Below the pieces are notes generated by a model. It was not told where the DNA came from. It saw only the letters and a program-made list of their open reading frames with translations, and made no database searches. A DNA stretch of 64,000 nucleotides from Trichinella spiralis. Taxonomy: Eukaryota. The translations under genes were made by a program, and so were the position numbers. Positions 53,343-64,000 of this stretch are shown in pieces (the first letter of the stretch is position 1; the number at the start of each line of letters is the position of its first letter). The DNA lies in NCBI RefSeq assembly GCF_000181795.1, contig NW_003526943.1, forward strand, positions 1,979,647-2,043,646. The letters are read 5' to 3'.

Positions 53343-56300
53343 ATTTATTAGACAGCTCGTTATCATAAATAAGACACTCTCTTTGAACAAACTTGCTATG
53401 GATCCCATTGCCCCAGACGCAGAAAAGGAATGGAAGTTTTGGCTAATTCAATTCCAAGATTTTGTTCAACTGACTGTGAAACCTGGGATGGACCTATTGA
53501 ATATCTTACGTCTCTACCTAACCGCATCTAATTTTGAATACGTGCAAGACTGCAAGACTTATGACGAAGTGATAGCGAAAATGAACGAAATTTATGTTAA
53601 ACTGAAAAACGTGATTTTTGCCAGATATGAATTTATCTCCAGGAAGCAACGAGACGGTGAATTATTGGAAGAGTAAGAACTGCGAGTATAAAAATGTTAC
53701 CGCTGAAGAATATCACGATGAGATGATTGGAGACGCTCTTATAAACAATATGAGCTCTAACGAAATCCGCACGCGCCTTTTGGAACATAGTGTGATAAGT
53801 CTACAAGAAGCTGTCAATAAGGCCATGGTATTAAACTCTGCCAAAGAAAATGCGAAGCTATATACCAATTCCGACCTGATTATTAACTCAGTGAGCCCTG
53901 CAGACCCTGGGATTGAAATGACTAATACGTTAGCTGCGATTAAACAAGAATGCTACTTTTGCGGAAAAGGGCGACATCCACGTATTAATTGCCCTGCGAG
54001 AAACACCACGTGTAATAACTGTGGGAAAGTAGGTAATTTCGCGGAAGTATACAGAAGCGCCTCCAAACGAACCGCTTCCGTTTCGGTTACATCGTTAATC
54101 AGCTCTTCTACTTTGTCAACGGCTACTGAATTTAAAAATGCCATAGTAGAAGCTACAATCAACGGGACCAACATTACAGCTCTGAGCGACATTGGCAGCT
54201 CTCTAAGCTTTATTGATGAGCGATTATGCAAAACCTTGCAACTGAAACTACTGCCAGTTGATGGAAAATTTCTTATGGCTTCGACTTCATTCCAATCAAG
54301 AGTCACAGGCTATGCCATGGCAGACATCGAATTACACGGCTTTCATTGTTCCAGTTCCAAACTGCACATCTTACCGAATGCCTATACTGACGTCATTATC
54401 AGACAAGATATACTACAACTACACTCTAACCTGACTGCCTCTTTTGGCAGACCAAAAGCTCCCTTAACCATCTGCGGACTAGCGTTAGCCAAAATCCCAG
54501 TCCCTTCCCTATTCGTGAATCTCTGTACAAACTACAAACTTCAAATAAAATCAAGAAGATATTCTGTAGCGGAAGCAAAGTTCATCAACGATGAAGTAAG
54601 ACGATTATTGACAGAGAATATCATTGAAGAAAGCTGCTCTCCATGGAGAGCACAGGCCCTCATAGTGACTAGCGATAATCACAAGAAGCACATAGTGATC
54701 GACTATTCTCAAACTATCAACCGCTTTACACTACTTGATGCATACCCTTTACCTAAAATCAGTGATATGGTACAAGCTACATCGAAATACCGTTCCTTCA
54801 GTACCGTCGATCTAAAGAGTGCGTATTATCAAATTCCCATCAACGCTAGAGACAAACCATATACGGCCTTTGAAGCTGGCGGAAGACTTTACCAGTACAA
54901 ACGCATTCCATTTGGAGTTACGAACGGTGTTGCATGTTTTCAGAGAGTCATGGATAACATCCTTAGAGTAGAAAAATTAAAGGATACATTTGTCTACGTT
55001 AATAACCTTACGATCTGTGGTATGAATCAAGAAGAGCACGACGAAAACCTGAATAGATTCAGAGAAGTCGCTGAGAAATACAAGCTGACGCTTAATAAGG
55101 ACAAATGTGAGTTCACAGACCCAGATAAAACTACTCGGATACATCATCGAACAGGGAACATTTAAACGTGACTCAAAGGGATTCAAACCACTTCAACACT
55201 TTCCCCTTCCAAGAAATACAGCATCACTTCATAGAGTGCTCAGGATGTTCGCTGCTTATTCCCAATGGATACCTAGATTCTCAGAGAAAATACACGCTTT
55301 GACTAGATGCACAAAGTTTCTCTTCACTCAGCCAGCTGTGGACGCTTTTAAAGCACTGACAAAGGACACAGTGAACTCTGTAGTGACTGCCATCGATGAT
55401 GAACTCCCATTTACGGTAGAGACAGACGCCTCTGACCACGCCATAACCGCGACCCTCATTAAGCTTGGTAAGCCTGTAGCATTCTTTTCTAGAATGTTAT
55501 CTTATAGTGAACAAAGGCACTCTTCTGTGGAAAAGGAAGCGTATGCAATCGTAGAAGCAATCCGGAAATGGTGACATTACTTGCTGGGGCACTATTTCCA
55601 TCTAATTACTGACCAGCGATCAGTTGCCTTCATGCTTAACAATAAACAAGCCGGCAAAGCGAAGAACGACAAAATAATGAGATGGAGACTAGAACTATCT
55701 CCTTAGAGTTATGACATCATATACCGTTCTGGTGACCTAAACATAAAGACAGACGCCCTATCTCGAATCTGTGGTAGCATACAAGTAGAGAACGTCACAC
55801 TACAAACTCTACATAACAATCTGTGTCATCCCGGAGTAACCTGTATGCCCCCTTCGAACGGTTAAGTATCGATTTTAAATGGCCACTACCATCTACATCA
55901 AGTAATCGATATATATCAACCGTAGTCGACGAGTATTCCTGATTCCCGTTTGCATTTCCTTGCCCAGACATCTCTACCCAAACAATCAACAGATGCCTAT
56001 CCCAGTTTTTCTACTTATTTTGTATGCCTGCTTATATTCATACGGATCACGGATCCTCATTCATGTCGAACAACCTGAAAACATACTTACACTCACTTGG
56101 CGTGGTCAACAGCCGCACGACTACGCACAATCCTCAAGGAAACGGAGAGGCAAAAAGATACAATGGAATTATGTGGAAAGCGGTCACTTTAGCGCTAAAA
56201 TCCCACAATCTACGGATTGAACAGTGGGAAGAAGTAATAGGATAAGCGTTACACTCGATACGCACGTTGCGGTCGAGAGCAACTAACTCTACTCCTCATG

Positions 56301-56757
56301 AGCATTTATTTGGTTACTCGCGTCGAACACCTACGGGTACATCCCTCCCTACTTGGTTAACAGCACCCGGAATTGTGCTAATGAGACGTCTGACCGAACA
56401 AACAAACATGACCCTCTAGTAGAAGAAGTGGAACTGCTGGAAGCTAACCCTAAATATGCCCACGTCAGACTAAGAGATGGAAGAGAATCCGTGAGGCATC
56501 TCGCGCCTGCTGGAGGAAAATGCGTTGTTGAAGATGGCAACCCAGATAAAACACAAGTGGGAACTGGAGCTCATCGCGAAGAAAATGAAAAAGCTGAAAA
56601 ACCGGACGCTAACGACGTCACACCAGAAAATTCAGAAAACGAAGAAAACACTGCGACAAGACAGGAACATCATCAAACACCACCATGACGCTCCACAAGA
56701 ATAAGACGAGCACCACAACGCTTGCAGGACTACGTCCAATACTAGGCGAGGGGTGAA

Positions 56758-56890
56758 TATAGTGGGTACAGTAAACCCAGTTCCCTTACTTGAAAATCTT
56801 ACGTGATACTATAACATTATCTCATGATTTTATCTCGTATATTGCCTGCATTCTGTCTAATAAAACTCGTCTTATGAGTGAATCATTACA
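56758..56890 (+). repeat. 3' LTR
   Basis: About 13 mismatches in 133 bp versus the 5' LTR (manual count). Confidence 0.93.
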
Positions 56891-58699
56891 TGATGCTAAA
56901 AATTAAATTATAAAATGTTAAAAATTTGGGAACTATTAATTCAAATAATAATCACTACAGCTGCGACATTATTTAAACTTTGTCCAACTGTCATGCAAAA
57001 ATAGAACAAGAAATTCCATTATCTGGATCAATTGTTGAACAATTTATTTCTAAACTAATAGACTATGGTTACCAGAAATGAATTTAAGCTTTTACAAAGC
57101 AAAAAACAGTTTAATACTTCTCATACTGTAATCACTTGATTTTCAATATGATATGATCAAAAATCTTTTATATTCAGAATATTTCAATACAAAAAAGAAT
57201 ATCTTGCTGAATTTCTCTTTTTATTATAAACGTATAGCATACTTTGTACAATTTTGTTCATACATTTAATATTCAAGGAAGCTCTTATGTTAGAGTGGAA
57301 AATTTGAAAGACTGCGTGCATTCAAAGAGAGCATTACTGCGTACGCCATTTACCTCAATAACATTTATAATTCTATGGCAACAAAATCAAATCTTTACAA
57401 TCTTTATTGAATATAAATTTATGGATTTTACATAGACAAACAGTGTGAAGGTTGAATATCTTCCATTAAAAGAAAATGCAAAATTGAAGCCTTCAATCCT
57501 TTATTGCCAGTTTTGAATCTTTCATATAAATCATCTAGTTAGTAAAGCTATGATGTATAAATATTTGGTTATATTTACATAATAGTTTTTCTTAGTTAAA
57601 TTTATTATAACTTTTTTTACTAAAACTAACATATTTTTGCTTATATTTTTAAAACAAATGTTAGGGAAAACAATGAACATTAAGTGATGTTCAGTTTTAT
57701 TAGTTGTTACAGAAAGCGAATATTATTTATATTCTGAACTCAGGCATAAGTCAGCGTATTTGTTTTACAAAAACTAGAAAATGCACCTCAAGTACGAGAG
57801 AAAATTTAATTTCTCACATTTTCTATCGTGATTAACGGAAATGATTAAGTATCTGAGGCGCCGTAAGTTGCTAGTTATAAGTGAACCGCTTTGTGAAAAT
57901 TGAAAAAGAAAACTATTTTTTTGCTAAAGCTTTAACGCAAATTTTGCACGTAAGTCAAGACCAGAACATCAAAAATGTACAAACATTCGATTTAATTTTC
58001 TATCTGATGTTTAGGCAGTCGGGGTAGCTAAACTATGAGCAGAAATGAACGTACTGATAAAAAACTGTAAATACCTTTGAATTTGTGCATTTTGATGAAT
58101 GAACGATGACAACAACAATAATAAGAAAAAATTGGCAACAGTTTCTGTGCGCAAGATATAAACCAGTTCTGTAAATACCGTAACCTGCATTGTAACCTTT
58201 GGTCAGATAACGCAATATTTTCAAAACCGAGCATTTAAATGACTGAACGAAAAATTCAAAAGTGTAATTCAAAAAAATGTTAATTCCATTTCTGGAGGTT
58301 AGTTTAACGTTTGCACAAATTTCTTCCAGAGAATTGATTGAGAATTAATTGAAATTTGTATAAGTTTCAAGTCATTTCACCTCAGATTTGCTTATATGAA
58401 AATAATGCAATGTGAAAAATTTGCTGACGTATTCGACACGACGAATTTTCTGTACTAATTATAAAAAAGACATATATACCATTAGGCGGCCATTAGCTGC
58501 ATATGTGCTGCTGATATGTTTGTTGCAAATTTCAGTCAAGTGAGAGAAACTGGAATATTTTCAACTATATGCTTAGACACAAAATTTTCTTCTTATTTCC
58601 AGCTTAGTGATTACGTCCACTGGTCGCGTCTAAAAAATTCGATCTGCTTCATTTATTTGCTGAAATATATACATATATATTGAGCAGCTTGTGGTCTGC

Positions 58700-59144
58700 C
58701 TCGTTTAACTGGCATCTCTTCGTGGTGTCCCAATCACCTGCTTGACATTACTCAGCTGTGAGAACTGTTCCAGTTTCTGTAACCAGCGTTTCAGGTGGGC
58801 TATTGGGGTAAATTCTTCTGGACAGCAGAACTATCCAAAATGAGGTGCATTTCCCATGCGAAGTTCAAATAGAGGAACACATACTCACGCGCTCACAAAT
58901 GTAGCGTTTTCTGCGTTATCGCTGTCAGTTGTTGCTGTCCCATTTCGAGTTATCCGGCGCAACAATGAAATAATTTAAAATACTGGCAATACACAAACAT
59001 ACACTGATAAGATATATAGTAACCAACACATTCACGCGTCTTCACTTAAAAGTCTCAACAAGCAACCACTACAGCTATTATTATTACGCTACGGTACGCA
59101 AAAGAAAGGAGAAAATTTATACGGATTGTAGATCAGCTGCAACA
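58700..59144 (-). mobile_element. Possible degenerate LTR + gag N-terminal fragment
   Basis: Minus strand: TGTTG..TTTCA, then a PBS-like TTGTTGCGCC, then PEEFTPIAHLKRWLQKLEQF, which resembles a gag N-terminus. Confidence 0.3.
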
Positions 59145-59645
59145 ATAGAAAAAGAAAGTTGAAGCGTTAATGTCAGCATTATGCAGTTTCAGATATATTG
59201 TGAAACAAATCTGCATTTTAGTCATTCTTTCATTCACGTATATTGTGAATCAATCAAAAAGAAGAGCAGTTTGAGTACTTGTGACAAAAACCAAATTATG
59301 AAGAGCATTGCTTTACACAGAAGATAACAAAACCATCAATCACAATATAAACATCATTTATGTTCATGTATTTTATTGATCATTTTGAAAGATGAAGTTT
59401 GAAATAATTCTTATCACAATATACTAGGCAATCTGAATATGCTTCTCATTCCATTATGTTGTGAAACATTATTTAGAAGTATCATACATTTCTTTAAGTA
59501 TAAACATTTGATAATATTTATCACAAAAGCAAATCAAGTCATATTTTTACATAAAAGCAATGATTTGTATATAAAGGTAATGCATTATATCAAAAGGTGA
59601 TTGTGATTCAAGAGGAGTAACTAATTTTGGCATTCATTTCTCCAT

Positions 59646-60958
59646 TCAGAAGCACTTCTGATGAACAATTGCGCTTCCGTGTTCTTCATAATCTTTGTAA
59701 GAAATCCACATATTTTGAAAGGCTGACAGAGAAGCCATAATGGAACCACCAATCCAAACTGAATACTTCCGTTCAGGCGGGGTGTGAATCTTCACATTAA
59801 CTGCACTAAAACAAAACCTAAGTCACTTCCAAAAATTGTAACAGAATAATAAAGCAACCTACTCTGGTCCTAGCACTCTTAATTCTTTCGTCATTCGATG
59901 ATTTATGCCTGGAAACATTGTGGATCCCCCAGACAAAATGACATTTCCATACAATTGACTACGCAAGTCTAGATCACATTTCATAATTGAGATGTTTATG
60001 GTCTCAGGAAGTCCACAACACTCTAAGCCCAACAATGATGGTTGAAATAACGCTTCTGGACAACGGAAGCGTTCACTGCCAATCTTAATAACATGTCCGT
60101 CCGGAAGTTGATATGATGTGCTCAACCGTCTATTCATGCGCTCTGTAATGATCGCGTGTTCAAAGTCACGTGCCACAAAACAGTGCTTTTCCTTAATGTC
60201 ACGAACAATTTCTCGTTCAGCTAAACAAAACAAAGATATAAAGTGAATGACTTCATAGCCAAAACATTCAAGATTACCAGTGGTGGTGAATGAATAACCA
60301 CGTTCAGTCAACAGATTTATCATATAGTTAGTTAAATCACGCCCTGCTAAATCATGGCGCAAAATTGCGTGTGGCATTGTAAACCCTTCATAAATTGGTA
60401 CCGTATGACTGACTCCATCACCGCAATCTAAAACAATGCCTGTGGTTCTGCCACTTGCATACAGTGACAAAACTGCCTGTATAGCAACATACATAGCTGG
60501 CGTTTTGAATGATTCAAACATTATCTATAGAATAAAATAAATGTGAAGTAATGCAAAAGTAGATGAAACACATCGTTAAATATTTTTCATACCTCAATCA
60601 TTTTTTCTCGATTACGCTTTGGGTTCATAGGAGCTTCAGTTAGCAAGACCGGATGCTCTTTCGGCGCTACACGCATTTCATTGTAAAAGGTGTGATGCCA
60701 CAATATTTCCATGTCATCCCAGTTGGTAACAATTCCATGTTCTATTGGATATTTTAAAGTCAATAATCCCCTCATATTCTGTGCCTCATCACCGACGTAA
60801 GATGACTTTTCTGCCATGCCAATCAATACACCTTGATATCGTGGACGGCCAATGATCGATGGAAAAACTGAAATGGGTGCATCATCTCCTGCAAATCCAG
60901 CTTTCAACACCCCACTTCCGTTGTCAATCACTACTGGTCTGGTAGAATCCGGATCCAT
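59646..60958 (-). CDS. Divergent actin / actin-like protein
   Basis: [68 protein letters not shown] and IVHQKCF*. Three short introns. Confidence 0.95.
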
Positions 60959-63118
60959 CTGACTGTAAAATTGCGAAGGCATAACAAATCGAAAAATAGA
61001 GGTTGGATGAATGAGAGAAATCAGGCGCCGCTGACCCAACCAAGGGAGAGAATGTAAAATGAATTAAAGTGCTGTTGTTCCTGATTAAATACAGAACTAC
61101 TTTAAACCTGTCCAATCACAGGAATTTGTTATAAATTTGAAGACGTGTCTTAAAGTGATTGGTTGTTTACTGTACTGAGATTGACAAATAAAATATGAGT
61201 AATTTGAATTGAAATGAACCTGATTTGCACATTCTTCTTTTCTGATTAAAGCATGAATATGCATCAGTTATTTTGTTGATGCTGCCATCTGAACAAGAGC
61301 CATTTATTCTTTCCTTGATTTATAAAAATATAATCTCCTGGATTTCTGAAATATTTATAATTTAAAATGCTACGGTCTTTTCCAAATTTTGAATATGCTT
61401 ATGCGCGGAAAAAATCGTTTTAAACGTTGAGCAGCTGAAGAAATGGAATCCATTCCGAAGATATATACTGAAAAGGCTAGCAGTTCATTTGTTCATTTAG
61501 AAACTGCTGGCCATTTTATAGGACATCAAAAAGTTAAAAAAAAGCTATGTGCAGGAACAGTGGCAAAAGATTTCCTTCGTGCATTTCAGAATAAGTCAGC
61601 AAGCAAGCAACAATTTTCTTAGATTTTATGAACTGTTTCGTCTAATGATTGATGGTCAGAGATAAACAAAACGTTGATTCATTAAGTTGGATCAGAAAAC
61701 ATTACCTCTGATGATTTATGGATAGGAAATAGCAAGTATATAGAAACACAGCAACGTACAACTGCATTGAGTGTTCAGTATGCGTATGATGGAGCAGTTC
61801 TTAAAAGTTATAGCTTATCAACTTCTGTGTTCCACTACATTCTCTCTAACTTCTAATTACTCTTATTTCCTTATTTTTTTATTTATTGCGTAGTTTATGC
61901 TTTATAGTTTGTATTACTGCATATTTCAATTTACATATTTATGTTATTGTATTATAAGTATAATATTAAATGAAATATTTACCCACAGGTACTGGTAGAT
62001 TCTATTTTGTGGAAAAAAATCTTATGATTGTCACGTGAATAACACTTTAACGTATATCCGTTATAAGGAAAATACATATTATAATCACTTTGTATGTTAA
62101 ATTATATCCATCCTCAAAAAGTCATAAAGCTGTATAGATTAAGCAAGATGCACAGTTTTTACGTTCCTTAAATGGATTTTTTAATGATAAAAAATGAAAA
62201 AAAATCTTGTTCAAAATTAAAATTTCAATTCAGTTTAATTTTCAGTTACTGCTTTATTCACCAAAGTATGAAAAATATAATTTTTATCAGTTATCGATCA
62301 GACTAAAATTAGCATTAAAATTCAAAATTTTCATGGATTTTACCTAAGAAAGAAATTTGCAAACATCAAAGCATGCAAAGAAATAATTAATTAGAAACTA
62401 ATTACTAATAAACTAATAATTAAATAAGAAATATAACTTTGTTATCTCAGACTGCATTGTTTGATATTTCAATTAATATTTCAAATATTAATATTAACTA
62501 ATAATTAATCGATTAATTAATTAATTAATTAATATTTTGAAATTAATACTGTTACTAACTTTATAATTTTTTGGCTGATTTTCACAAGTAACAGGCATGG
62601 CGTAAGAGAGATACTATTCACATTCAGTGTTCAAATTTCTATGTTTATTAATTTTCCATTGAGAAACTGCCCATTCAAACACTTTTCCACATTTTAAACA
62701 ATAAAGTAAATTTTCTTTTTCTTAATCGAGTGAGCATTCAAAGCAGTGAATTTAATGAAATAGTGCAGAATGTGGCATCTGTTGGTAAAATGTGAAATCA
62801 GATAAAAATAAAAATAAAAACCAATTCCATGCCATGTCAAATAAAAGCCATTCCAAAATTATAAGTATGCTTTCTCGAATTTATTTTCAATTCACAGTAA
62901 AACTTGCTAATCTTGACTTATAACTTCCATTTATATAATAAAACTCAACCTTACGTAGGATGAAAAAAAGTATCTCTTATACAGGATCACGATCATTACT
63001 GTACTTATGCTTTTGTACGAAAATGTTGCAAGCGATTGCATTTCATTGAATGACAAGTTGACATCTGATAGCAATATGGCAATCGCTGCATCTCTGGACA
63101 ACTTCTTGTAAAGGATTA

Positions 63119-63844
63119 TAGTCAGCCCTCAAAATTCACGTTGGGTGTTCAGGCGGAACCGCGAATGTCGAATTTCCGCGAATACTTGCTGCTACTGTTC
63201 ATACGCCCCGCCGATGCCTTATAAGCCTACGCCATTATCTGTAAGCTGTAAGGAATAATATCACGTGCCGTCTACTGATTTGCATGCTAAATATTTATCC
63301 TGCATTTATTTTTTTACTTGTTTAGTTAAGTGCATAACAGTCCAAATCATTGCCAGAAATGGATGACCGTCCCGCGCATCTTTTTCTAAAAAATATTGTA
63401 ACTATAGTATTTACTTCATGCATTACATGTTTACTCAAATTTTTCGCTATTCTCACGCAGTGTTGGACTGTGCAAGCAGGAAAGCGGAAATTCTGCACTT
63501 CCAGACATGTCTGGACCGGTTGATCAGTTTGGAAGAAGTGCCTGAAATCGCTGAACCGGTGCAACCGTGAGCCAACCTCCAGCTCGTAGCGCCCAGTTTC
63601 CGTGCACCTTAATGTTTTTATCTTTTTCATCTAGCATTTGTAGCAATTATTTAGCTTTCAGATAGGTTAAGTCGTTGTCACTACTGTTGTGGTGTGGGAC
63701 TTCATAAGCGGAGACTTCTTTGAACTGAAGTTGCAGATCCACAGCATGCATACACAGTAGGGTCTTAAAATTTATTAGATTATTTATTAACATAGATTTA
63801 TCTTTTAGGCGGTTTTGAAATCCGCGAACGTTGAGGGTGAACTA
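63119..63844. mobile_element. Non-autonomous Tigger/pogo-family DNA element with TIRs and TA target duplication
   Basis: TA|TAGTCAGCCCTCAA... and ...TTGAGGGTGAACTA|TA are imperfect inverted termini. The left 180 bp are homologous to the 49899-50078 end. Confidence 0.7.
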
Positions 63845-64000
63845 TATAATTTTAAATACCGATGCTTATGATATAGGAAGCATGTATAACTGACTTGTTT
63901 TATTTTAACCTATTTTAATTTTATTTATTATTTTAATCCAAAATACATAAATTTTTGATAATTTTCCTTTAAAATAAGAGAATGAAAAAAATTGCCACTC

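Larger units (their letters stand above)
53210..56890 (+). mobile_element. Decayed Ty3/Gypsy LTR retrotransposon with both LTRs
   Basis: 133-bp LTRs at 53210-53342 and 56758-56890; PPT AGGCGAGGGGTGAA. Domain order: gag CCHC, protease (LSDIGSS), RT (DAYPLP, DLKSAYYQ, PFGVTNG), RNase H (ETDASD, EKEAYAI), integrase (HTDHGSSF, GNGEAKR). Several stops and frameshifts. Confidence 0.95.

Overview
AT-rich eukaryotic genomic DNA with short GT-AG introns (many TTTCAG-type acceptors), two assembly gaps and GC-rich long exons. It is probably a nematode; a clade I/Trichinella-like origin is inferred from composition and gene content, not proven. Left to right: the 3' part of a Wrapper/Klingon/WRK-1-type 3xIg+FN3+GPI gene with an 18-nt microexon; an intronless, disrupted Ihog/BOC/CDON-like sequence cut off by a Gypsy remnant; an acidic hypothetical protein gene; a ~3 kb tandem duplication carrying two 3-exon genes for small secreted 4-Cys peptides that the ORF track misses; RSL24D1, LRRC47 and a 51-aa membrane micropeptide (all minus strand); an inverted pair of CCAAT/CDE-CHR-like promoter modules; NMT; COQ5 (GC-AG intron); an intronless divergent LINKIN/ITFG1; ATR; ELOF1; an RRM protein; a Tigger/pogo remnant containing a solo LTR; a DDX19/25-like helicase with altered motifs; a decayed Gypsy element with both LTRs; a divergent actin; and a second Tigger-family element. 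Exon boundaries were read by eye, and family calls rest on recalled motifs, not database searches.
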